This document shows positions 53,330 through 64,000 of a stretch of 64,000 nt of DNA, piece by piece. The position numbers and the translations under genes were made by a program. The number at the start of each line of letters is the position of its first letter. The first letter of the stretch is position 1. The notes under the pieces were generated by a model, which was given only the letters and a program-made list of their open reading frames with translations, had not been told where the DNA came from and did not search any database. This DNA comes from Macrostomum lignano (lineage: Eukaryota): the NCBI GenBank assembly GCA_002269645.1, contig NIVC01000208.1, positions 441,639 through 505,638 on the forward strand, read 5' to 3'.

Positions 53330-54990
53330 GGGGGGGGGGCTCAACTGGCAGCCAAAGTCGAACCCCCGCTGCCCCCTGGCTGGCCCTGTCCCAAGCCCCT
53401 CGAGTCCGTCGCTTTCTCATCCGACCTCGCCACAGCCGCCTGGGAAACTGAGCTGACTGACGATCCTGACCGCGAATTCCTGCTGAATGACATCCGCAAC
53501 GGCTTCCAACTCACCTGCCCTGACCCATCAGAAAGAGCCTCAACTATGTCAGAAATCCAGAACTACCTATCAGTCAACAGTTACCGGCAGCTGGTCGAGC
53601 AGCAGGTGCGAGAGGAAATCTTTAATGGCCGCTACGTTCAAGTCAGTGACAAACCGGAGGTCATCAGGGCCCTTGGCGCCATTCCGAAGGGCAACAACAA
53701 GATTCGACTCATCCACGACTGCTCTAACCCTCCGGGTCTCTCCCTAAACAGCCGATTTTCTTCCGACTACAGAATAAAGTTCGAGACCGTTAGTCACTTC
53801 ACCGCCAAGCTGCAACCCGGTTGGTTCATGGCCAAAGTCGACCTCGCCAATGCCTACCGGAGTGTCGGCATGAGCCCGCACGATTTTCGGCTCACCGGCT
53901 TGAAGTGGAAATTCAACGACCAGCGCAGCGATTCGTACATCTGCGACACGCGGCTCCCCTTTGGCGCTGCTGCCTCCGTGGAAGTTTTCCACCGCCTGAG
54001 CCAGGCCGTCAAGCGCATGATGCAGAGGCGGGGCTTCAACGATATCGGCAGTTATCCGACGACTTCGCCATAGCAGCCTCCAGCAAGGACGACTGCCAGC
54101 TCGCTCTCGACACCCTGCTCAATCTGCTGCGGAAGCTTGGCTTCACCATCAACTGGAGCAAGGTGGTGGCGCCGTGCACCAGCCTGGTCTACCTGGGCGT
54201 CCTCATCGACACCGTCATTGGCCTGCTGGAGCTTCCGAAGGACAAGCTTGACGCCACCAAGTCTCAGCTGCAGTCCGCGCTCTCTCGCAAGCGCATCACC
54301 AAGCGCCAACTCCAATCGCTCTGTGGCCGCATCAACTGGGTCTGCCAGGTGGTCCGCATCGGGAGGTGCTTCCTGAGACCACTCCTGCTCGAGCTCAGCG
54401 ACCTGAAGCAGTAGCGGCACAAACTGCGCGTGCACAAGGATCTCCGCGAGATCCTTAGCTGGTGGGACGCCTGACTGGCCGCCTCCCCCAGCTGCAAAAT
54501 CTGGCGTTCCCACGGGCCTAGCTGAGCCATCGAGTCCGACGCGTCCAACTGGGGCGGCTGCGGCATCATCCGCGGCCCAGACACCACCAGCTGGCTCATC
54601 ATGGACTGGCACCGCGACTCAACCGAAATCGAGCCGCTGCACATCAACTTCAAGGAAAGTCTCGCGCCAGTGCTTACGGCCCTGCATTTCCAGCAGCAGC
54701 TGCAAACGGGCAGCCAGCTTGTGATCTACTCTGACAGCACCGCCGCAGTCGGCGCCATCAACAAGGGCTCGTCGCCAAATCGGGTCGTCAACTCGGCTCT
54801 GCAACAGTTGATGCTCCTCGCTGCGCACCACGACCTCTCCGTCTAGGCCTTCCACGTCCCCGGGACATTCCAGATCTTCGCTGATAGTGGCAGCCGAGCC
54901 GATGACATCAGCGAGCTGACAAACTTCCTGCCCCGGCTCTTTGGCTCTGTTCACGCTGACCTTAGCAACCTTAGCGAGCACACTCTCTCG
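53330..54990 (+). pseudogene. Reverse transcriptase + RNase H (DIRS-type), disrupted
   Basis: WETELTDDPDREFLL..IRNGF, ALGAIPK..KIRLIHDCS, AKVDLANAYR, RLPFG, Y(fs)DD at ~54055, ESDASNWGG, HINFKE, YSDSTAAVGAINKG. Stops include 54412 and 54844. Confidence 0.88.
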
Positions 54991-55049
54991 CCAGCCACCT
55001 GCGAATTTCTCGCCCTACAGATCGCCTGCCTCAAGTCCCGAGCGCGAAC

Positions 55050-56001
55050 TTCAGCAAGCGCTACCGCGAGCTCTGCCACCTGGCCTTCTCTGAGACAACC
55101 GCGCGCTCTTACCGCTGCCAGATCGACTCCTGGAAGTGGTTCAGCAAGCAGATGCGCATCGACAGCACGAGACCGTCCCTGCAGCATCGCGCTGTCCGAC
55201 CGCCTCTCCTCGCATGCCAGCGTCGGTGCGTACATTAACGCCGCAGACCTGCACTGCAAGCTCAAGACCGGCCGCGGCCTTCCTCGCGACCCCCGCATCG
55301 ACCTGCTCCTCCGCGGTGTGCAGCGCAAACTCGCCAAGCCGCCGGTGCGCAAGGCGCCCATCACTCCGGGTGACCTCCTCAAACTGCGAGGAACCCTGCG
55401 CCTGCAGCAGCCTCAAGATGCAGCCTTCGGGGCGGCGGCCCTGGTCGGATTCTGGGGCCTCCTGCGCCGCGCCAATCTGTGCTGCTCGAAACCCTTCCCA
55501 CCAGCCGGCGAGGCGGTCACCTGCGGCGACCTGCAAGTATCACCGGATCTGGCCATCCTGCACATTCGGCGCTCCAAGACGAATCAGTTCCGCCAGCGAG
55601 TGCACCGCGTTGTCCTGCCGCGCCTCCGGCACGCGGCGCAGTACCCGCTCTGCCCGGTGGCAGCGCTGCTTCACCACCTGCGCATCAAACAGCCCGACCG
55701 CGCTGCTGCTGCCCACCTCTTTGCCTACCGAAGCAGCGGCGGCCTGACGCCTCTGACCGGCACCCGGTTCTGTCGCCTGTTTCAGCACGTCGTCCACCGC
55801 GCCGGCCTGGCAGACCGGTCTCTGTCCCCTCACAGCCTTCGACGCGGCGGCGCCTCGCTGGCGTTCCGCGCCGGTGTGCCGCTGCCGGTCGTCAAGGCCC
55901 TGGGCGACTGGCGGAGCTCGGCGATTGAGGTGTACCTGGAGCTGGAAAAGGGCTTCGACCTCCAGCTGGCGGCTGTTCGCAAACTGTCTCAATGCCTTTA
56001 A
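55050..56001 (+). pseudogene. Tyrosine recombinase; catalytic domain intact, N-terminus frameshifted
   Basis: GLLRRANL (R), RSKTNQ (K), HSLRRGGA (HxxR), LGDWRS (W), IEVYL (Y). The N-terminal SETTARSYR..WKWF block is in another frame. Confidence 0.88.
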
Positions 56002-56494
56002 TTTTTCGTTTTCCTGCCCTGGGTAGAGGCTGGTGTGCTGTCTGCTTTCTTTTTCCACTGGCTTGGACTCAAATGCTCAGATTTTTTTTCTTCTCAACTC
56101 GTGTTTCTTTTTTTTCTTATTTCGTATTTTATCTTTTTCTTGCAATGATGACTGTTGTTTTATCGATTAAGTGCTTTTTTAATGACCGTTTATTTTATTT
56201 TTGCTTGCAAGCGTGTCCCAGCATTCTGCGTGCCCCCCGTTTTTCTTTCACTATTTTCCCATCATTTTTCGGATTTTGGACCGTCGTATCCACTCGCACT
56301 GTACTCGATACTCGCAACCACTCACGTCCGCCTTCCCTTTCCTTGGGGTGTGATGTTTAAAGAAAAAAATTACTGTATGCACATTTTATCTTACTGACAG
56401 TAGTATTTAATGCTTAGCAATCATCGTATTCATCGTTCATCATTCAGTTTAAATAAGTTTTTTACTCACTAGGGAAAAAGAAGATAAATGGCTG

Positions 56495-57134
56495 TGTCTT
56501 TGCACGGCGCTGCCAGAAGCGGGACTTTGAGTCGCTGTTACCAGAGACTGTCTTTGCACGGCGCTGCCAGAAGCGGGACTTTGAGTCGCTGTTACCAGAG
56601 ACTGTCTTTGCACGGCGCTGCCAGAAGCGGGACTTTGAGTCGCTGTTACCAGAGACTGTCTTTGCACGGCGCTGCCGAAGCGGGACTTTGAGTCGCTGTT
56701 ACCAGAGACTGTCTTTGCACGGCGCTGCCAGAAGCGGGACTTTGAGTCGCTGTTACCAGAGACTGTCTTTGCACGGCGCTGCCAGAAGCGGGACTTGAGT
56801 CGCTGTTACCAGAGACTGTCTTTGCACGGCGCTGCCAGAAGCGGGACTTTGAGTCGCTGTTACCAGAGACTGTCTTTGCACGGCGCTGCCGAAGCGGGAC
56901 TTTGAGTCGCTGTTACCAGAGACTGTCTTTGCACGGCGCTGCCAGAAGCGGGACTTTGAGTCGCTGTTACCAGAGACTGTCTTTGCACGGCGCTGCCGAA
57001 GCGGGACTTTGAGTCGCTGTTACCAGAGACTGTCTTTGCACGGCGCTGCCAGAAGCGGGACTTTGAGTCGCTGTTACCAGAGACTGTCTTTGCACGGCGC
57101 TGAAGAGCGGCGCTGCTTTGAGTCGCTGTTACCA
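56495..57134. repeat. 54-bp minisatellite (~12 copies)
   Basis: Unit gtctttgcacggcgctgccagaagcgggactttgagtcgctgttaccagagact; no spacers. Confidence 0.95.
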
Positions 57135-57727
57135 TAAAGTAAAGTAAAGCAGCTGGCTTCCTGTGCGATGCGACCGCCTCTTTAATCGGTCACCGCCATG
57201 ATGCTTTAGCTGCTGAAAAAGTGCCAGTGAAAAAGACTTCCTTAATCGGAATCGTTACTTCTGCAAGGGATTATATTCGTATAATAGTTGCTTTTAATTA
57301 AGTTTGATTAAATTTTCAAGCCTATATATAGTTTTTCGTGAGGTGCAGGAGATGTATTCCATTTTAAATAGCTTTTGTATAAAATATTGTAAGTTGCAAG
57401 CTAAATTGTATAAAATTTGTTTAATTAAAATATAGCTGCAGAAATATAACGAATTCGAAATGCAGTATACTTGAATAAAATAAAAATGAATTAAAATTAA
57501 ATATGCGGTACATATTACTCATATTAAAACTTTAAAAAGTATTACTTTCAATTTATGAACGTATTTTTTATTATTTTCGGTGTCAGAGTTTCATGAAATT
57601 GAAGAAAACGAGACATTTTTGATAACTCAGCAAGATCCCAAATTTTACTCCAAAACGTTTTCAATATATTTTTCTCAGTTCTATGAGTTGTTTGGTAATT
57701 TCTTTGGAACTTTTCTTCCGACCAAGC

Positions 57728-59712
57728 TTAATCAAACCGACACAAATTCTTGAGACTAGCGCAACAATTCGTTTGCGTCTGGCCGCAGTAGCTCCTGCGC
57801 TGAGATTTTTGATCCGTGTTGCGCAGGTACTCGATGTAGGTTTTCCACCCCCACATTGGTCGCCCCATATGTCGCCAAAGAAGCAGCTCTCGTCTGCAGC
57901 GGGTGCTGCTTCGTCGGCAACGCACTGGCCGTCCCAATTGCAGCTCTTCTTGTTGCCACAGGGCGACCCGACTGGGGCGCGGAAGCCGGTGCTAGTTGTT
58001 CCGTGAGCGTGGTCGGCCTTTAAGAGGCAGTGCATTTTGGCGCACAGCAGAGCCGGGTTTGCTTTAACGTCCTCCGTCAAGAAAATGTTGCCGGGACTCG
58101 ATGGGTAATTGAGACGGCACACCTGATCGAGGGACATGCGAGCTCCTTCGCGGACAGAGCTTGTCAGTTGGCTGATGGGGGTGCCTTGACGAGACTGCAG
58201 ACACGCTGCTTTTCCTGGTTAGGCATTCAAATATTTTTGACGTATCAATGTTTTTCACTTCTTTGCGTCGAAGCTTAAGAAAAGCTCTGATTTCCAAATT
58301 AGACAATTCCTTGGAAAGAAAACAACTCAAAGAAACGCGAAAAGCTTACCGGAGTCGAGATAGGTCCTGATCTGCCTCACTGTGCATGGAGAGAACCGGT
58401 AGGAATTTGCTATGTTGCTGAGATCGTAGGATGTAGCGGCAGGCGACATTATGAACTTCAGATCCATTTCGCATCCGGGTTCGTTATTATCGTGACTGGC
58501 CCCCAAGTTGTGCGCGAGCTCGTGCGCGGCCGTCATCCAGCTGTGGAGGCCGGAATCTTCGACAACGCTGACCTTCGTCTCTTGGCAGGCGCTATTTTCA
58601 AAAGCGACTCCTGTCACCGCAGAGTTCTTGCCTAGCGAAATGTCTCTCCGGGTGAAGCCCATCACGTGATCGGCTCTGTCGCCTTTCGAGTACGCTCGGA
58701 TTCTGCCGAGAGTGGCACCACCATCGCTTGCTAAAAAATCAGTTTGAGAGAACACTTCAACGCTGAAATAGTTTTTAAATTATTCATTATTCAAATTACT
58801 ACTCTCTCAACGCCTTTTCGCTGTTTTCGGACGCCCAGAACCCCCTGCAGCTAATTCGGGTATGTCAAGTAAGACAAAAGCACACTAAAGCGCGTACCAT
58901 CAGCCGAGCTATCCGGAGGCATCCACTTTGCATCGGCTTCAGTCTTGGCTACTGTTAACCCAATGCACCTGACACTGATTGACGGACTGCCGATGTTCCT
59001 GAAGACCGTGTCCATGCCAATCACAATGTGAGAATAGTAGAAGTGCAGCTCAGTCAGGGCTTCTTCATCTGTACCGAAAATTGTCTTGAAAGCCTTCCAA
59101 ACGGTGTGATCAATGAGGATGTGGATCTCAACTTCGTATTCGGTAGCCTCTCGGTTCACTCGGCGTTTCTTGCGACTCAGCAACTGCTCGGGCTGCGGCT
59201 CATCCGCGGTTTCGCTGGTTTTGGAGACGCGGTGCCCAGAGTCGCCGATCGGCTGGATGACATACGAGGTGCCTTCGTGCATCACGTGACCGCTGATGCG
59301 CTTTGTGCCGTTCTCGTGTCGAACGCTGATCACTGACTTGCTATCAACGTTTCTGTAGTGAGCTTGATCTCCGTGTTGAGCTTGTCGGCCAGAGAACGTC
59401 CTGGAGACTCCACCGTCCGTCACAGTGACCACAGCGCCATCCAACGGAGCAGTCTTGGTCAGCGGGATGCGGACTTTCTTGTCGGTGTCGGGCAGCTGGA
59501 GCTCGATCTCCATGGAGGACGGGTGAGGTCCGTCACCGCTGGATTGCGTCACGGACACCGAGGCCTGGGCTGCCGCAGAGACGGCCAGAAATATAGCTAA
59601 AATATTGAGCACGTACGACTCGTAAACATACGTAATTAATTTCCTGAAGCATATGCAGTTGACTCCACAGAGCTTCTGTATGTTCTGTGGTTAACTCACC
59701 TATTTTCAGCAT
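57728..59712 (-). CDS. Secreted M12B (ADAMTS-like) metalloprotease, copy 3; one -1 frameshift near the C-terminus
   Basis: Exons 59712-59700, 59596-58898, 58730-58350, 58214-57728. MLKIAIFLAVSAAAQA, RKKRR, HELAHNLGASHD, FIMSP. One G is missing from the run at 57848-57852. Confidence 0.88.
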
Positions 59713-59923
59713 TTTCATCGGTTTTCTTTGGTTCGCTGCCGCGTGTGCGGGCACTGAAGCGGAAGATAGAGATTATTACATCGTTAATAGAAACATACCG
59801 GATAGAAAAATACAAAAGAGGAGAATAAATGCATAAAAAAGAAAGACTAATCAGTCAAGGCGTGTCTGTTTTGGTAAAAAATATTGTGGCAATTTATTAA
59901 TTATAAAGCTGCCGCAGCGCATG

Positions 59924-59959
59924 CAAGGACTACTTAACTAACATACATAGTTGTCCTTG
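59924..59959. mobile_element. 36-bp TIR element with perfect 8-bp TSD
   Basis: AGCGCATG (59916-59923) [caaggactact...agttgtccttg] AGCGCATG (59960-59967). Confidence 0.75.
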
Positions 59960-61589
59960 AGCGCATGTTGTTTGTAGGACTAGTTAGTTGTGTTAGTGCT
60001 ATTATGGGCTGTATCTGAATGAAGTTAATTTACGATTAAACGAAACATTTATTGGAGAGCATGCATGTATTGTTATCGAAACTTATTAACAAACGCTGTA
60101 TTAAATTGATTGGATAGAATTGATTGTACAAAAACTTTTAGTTCGGATTGTATTGCTATAAAGTTCAAATTGAATGGGCTTAAGTATGAATAAAATGATC
60201 ATCTTTAATACTTTTTTTTAGTTCAAATTGCATTTTTCTTCAGAAAAATGCTAAACGCAAGATCTGTTCTCTCAGTGGAATGCGGACAATGTACGGAAGT
60301 GAAATTTCTATGTATTGAGTTTAACTTGTTTTAACTGGTGCTTGAACAAGTGCTACCAGCTAGCTAGCTTTGGGTGTAGTTATGCTTGCCCAATCTATCA
60401 TATTGATCCAGTTTTAGTCTAGACTTGTCTCTATTATACTTAACTTTTTTTTCTCTTTCAAGAAGTTTTTGTTGAAATTAAAAAATTAAAAAAAACTCGA
60501 GTCTCACCTCGATAGATTATTTCCAAGAAAATTCGAAAGTATCGAACAATTATTCTCCAATGCTACAGAAATTCTTGTCTGTAATTTTTTTATTGCAGTC
60601 TACAAGCTCGTGAATACGAATTCTGATCGATGGTCGGTTTGACGAACCACAAGTATAAATACTTTGATGCAGTGTTAAAAAATAATTAGTGCAAGTCAGG
60701 AAACGAAATGGGATGTGTGGACGCTCACATATAGAAAATTGCATTCCCATGCGTCATGCATACTCTTCCCGGGGTGCTCTGGACAGCTTCAAACTGATAT
60801 ACGACTCGTACGCTCGCTGTCAACGATATGTCAAAGCGTTTATACAGTGCGGCTATTTCAAACCTTTCAACAGTCTGTTGTATCATCAAGCATGAAAAAT
60901 CCAGTCATTTAACCCTCTGAAACTTCTGCGAAGCAACTGATTTGCTAAAATGCTAACATTATAGAGTAGTTATAATTCTTAAATTTTGAAATTTGGGAGT
61001 GCATAAAATTTATACTCTACTAATCAAGAATGTTTATTGACTCGTTGCCTGATCGAATCCATCAAGCATGCTATCGATTTGAAATTTTGCCCTGCATCTT
61101 ATGCTACAGCTTAAGTTCGAACGTGTCGAAGTGTTCAAGAAAGTTCGACACGAATTGAATTTTTTAAAAACGATCGACTTCAGTTGAAATAACAATCCCC
61201 GGAAATTGCTGGTGCTTGATTTTTTTAGTTTTAATGGCATTTATGAGACAGAGAAGATGCGCTCTCACGAACATTTTTTTTCGAAAATCACTAGTAGCGT
61301 CGTGGGTCGTGGAAGGGTAATTTATTATTTACGGAATTTAATATCCGGACTGGTAAGTTCTGGCATTTCAATGACTATAGTTTGTCAAGTCCAAGCTGGC
61401 AATCGTTGTTGCCAAAGTCGTGGCCAGGAATTAATTGAGCTTAACCAATATCCGCTACAACTGCGATCAAAAGCATAAAAACGAAGACGGTCAGTGGTTG
61501 ATCCTTGCCGATAAAGATAAGCCCACTTAAACCTTGTGTCTGAGTGGAACAGAAACCTACAAATTGTCCTTTAGACCCGCGCTCTGAAA

Positions 61590-63479
61590 ATGCTGCGCAT
61601 TGGTAAGTAGTCATTTATCATTCATGTGTCACACACACACATCGAAGCAAGTTTTCAGTGTAATTATCTTATCAATTTTGCAGTCATATTTCTGCTCGCT
61701 GTTGCTGCGGCCCAGGCTTCAGTGTCTGTGACTAGATCCAGCAACGATGGACCGCATCCTTCGTCTATGGAGATCGAAGTAACTGCCCAGCACGAACAAG
61801 AAGGTCCGCATTCCATTGGAAAAGACTGACGCCTTTGAGAGTGTGCCAATGACCGTGAGAGAGAATGGAGTCTCCAGGACTTTTTCAGCTCGCCAAGCTC
61901 ACCACGCGAGTCACGCTCACTACAGGGACATCGAGAGCAAGTCTGTCATCAGTGTTCGACACGAGAAGGGAAAGAAACGCTTCAGCGGTCACGTGATGCA
62001 CGAAGGTACATCCTATTTCGTCAAGCCAAGCGGTGCTTCAGAGCATCAAGTCACACGCAACATTGCCCAGCCAGACGGTATTGAGTCGCAGATTGACAAG
62101 TCGAAGGTCATGCAAGTAATGAGCCGCAAGAAGCGTCAGTCCAATCAAGCTGCTACAGATCTTGAGGTGGAGCTCCTTTTGCTTCTGGACCACACTGTGT
62201 GGAACGCGTTTAAGACAATTTACAGCACTGATGCTGCAGCTATGACAGAGCTTCACTACTATTACACGCACATTTTGAACGGAATCGATACAGCGTTCAG
62301 AAACGTCGGAAACCCGTCTATGAGTGTCAAGTGCACCGGCCTCACCGTGGCAAAGACGCAGGCTGATTCGCAATGGATGCCTCCAGCTGGTTCCTCTGAC
62401 GGTAAGTACGATAAATTTTGCTAATAATTCTGAAATAGCTAAATCCATTAAAATATCACTTTCTCAATCCGCTACTGAACAGCAACCGACGCCAGTGCAA
62501 TCCTCGGCTACATCAAGTCTTACGCCGTTGGCAAGACTGCCGATCACGTGATGGCGTTTACGCGCACGGATATCCAGAGTGGCGGCAACACCGCAGTGTG
62601 CGGCATGGCTTACGTTGGAGGCGCCTGTCAGGACACGCGAGTTAGCATCAATGAGGACCAGGGCTTGCAAGCTGGGGCACAGCGTCTCACGAGCTGGCCC
62701 ACAACATGGGATCCGATCACGACAATGACCAACCGGCTGCAAAGTGGCTTACAAGTTCCTAATGTCGCCTTCTGCGGGGTCATACTCCCTTAGCGACGTC
62801 GCCAACTCGTATAGGTTTTCTCCCTGCACAGTGACCTTCATGAAAAACTATCTGGCTACAGGTACGCAGCACAAATCTAACACAAGGACTACTAGACTTG
62901 TTCCTAGTGTTCATAGTGGTCCTTGATCTAACATACAGGCTTTTTGCAAAATTTGAAAAATTACAAATAGTTATAAAATTTACAACTTATTAGGCAAGGC
63001 CGAGTGCTTGAAGTCAGCGTCAAGGCTCTCCAGACTCCTCTGTGGCTACAACGACTCGCGAAGGTGTCGCATGACCCTGGACCAGGTGTGTCGCCTCGCC
63101 TATCCATCCAGTCCGGGCAAGTTCTTCCTCACTGATGACGTCTCTTCTAATCCGGCACTGATCTGCGCCAAGATTCTTCTGCACACCGACCGCCGCTCTT
63201 CAAGCGGAGTGACTGCGCGGCGGTCTCCGCGGCCCCCGTTGGCACACCCTGCGGCAACAAGAAGAGCTGCAACTGGACGGCCAGTGCGCTAGCGACACCT
63301 CCGCTCCCGAAGCCGACGAGAGCTGCTTCTGGGCGTGACTCCTGGGGCGACACGTGCACAGGATGGAAGGACTATATCAAGTACCTGCGAGACAATAATG
63401 CCTTGGAAACGCTAAGACCTACTGCGGACAGTGTCAGAGTGGTTGCTGCCGATCTGTCAAGACTCTGTGCACATTCTAA
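61590..63479 (+). pseudogene. Secreted M12B metalloprotease, copy 4; multiple small deletions (pseudogene or sequencing error)
   Basis: Exons 61590-61602, 61684-62401, 62483-62861, 62994-63479. MLRIVIFLLAVAAAQA, RKKR, HELAHNMGSDHD, FLMSP. Frameshifts at ~61780, ~62670, ~62735 and several in exon 4. Confidence 0.8.
62883..62925. mobile_element. 43-bp TIR element with perfect 8-bp TSD, in intron 3 of copy 4
   Basis: ATCTAACA (62875-62882) [caaggactacta...tagtggtccttg] ATCTAACA (62926-62933). Confidence 0.78.
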
Positions 63480-64000
63480 CCTAGCTGCCTTCAGCGAGAA
63501 AAGCGTCGTAAAAGTCTTAAGTCAAAATCTAACTTAACTCTTTAAATCTCTTGGTTTCTGGTGTCGTATTATTTTCGATTCGTCCGACTGAAATAAAAAA
63601 GCTGAAATGACAATATTTTCGCATACGCGGTTCTAAGAACTTTGAAAACGAGAAAGACTTAAGAGCAAAATGCGCCAGCCTTAATCCTCACTTTTTTTCT
63701 ACTATTTAGTCTCGCGCTACGACTATTAAGGTGTCTATTAAGAGTAAAACATTGGAATACACACAGGTGATACTTGAGCTTGACTGCAGATGCATCTTAT
63801 GCCTCGTTCATTCTGTTTGAAATTTTTTCGGAAAAAAAACTTTATGATGCTATTAGTAGTGACTCGCCAATTCAAACACAACTGTTGGCTCTGCATATCC
63901 AGGACTTCATTGAGTATGAAAATCCGGGAATTCGAAAAGAAATCTTTTTAAAATAAATTTTTCGCTTAAGCTGTATCTCGGAGCCGAGTTAATTTCTGAT

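Larger units (their letters stand above)
52103..56361 (+). mobile_element. DIRS/Ngaro-type tyrosine-recombinase retrotransposon, apparently full length but decayed
   Basis: Order gag, RT-RNaseH, YR. The ends carry TAAA direct repeats and short inverted sequences (caccccaag / cttggggtg). Several nonsense codons and frameshifts. Confidence 0.9.

Noticed and set aside
56495-57134. 54-bp array as a CRISPR or as the retroelement terminal repeat
   Set aside because: No spacers; it lies ~130 bp outside the TAAA-defined end and has no counterpart at the left end.

Overview
Intron-rich eukaryotic (invertebrate animal) genomic DNA. The repeat style recalls the flatworm Macrostomum, but that is unverified. 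The window holds: (1) four paralogous 4-exon secreted M12B/ADAMTS-like zinc metalloprotease genes lacking TSP1 repeats, as a convergent pair at 4.3-10 kb and a divergent pair at 57.7-63.5 kb, with only copy 2 free of frameshifts in this sequence; (2) a tandem pair of secreted PAN/Apple + F-type lectin genes, one with an in-frame deletion of the fucose-binding His; (3) a CFAP97-like gene (-); (4) a long PLEKHG5/6/7-like DH-PH RhoGEF gene (+); (5) a decayed DIRS/Ngaro-type tyrosine-recombinase retrotransposon with resolvable ends that reconstruct to a palindromic att-like junction; (6) a Crypton-like YR remnant; (7) hAT-like non-autonomous elements, including two of only 36 and 43 bp with perfect 8-bp TSDs; (8) over 20 different micro/minisatellites, typically a different one per intron. 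Most long ORFs in the supplied track are repeat artefacts. Exon models were built by hand from GT-AG sites and phase matching. No database searches were run.
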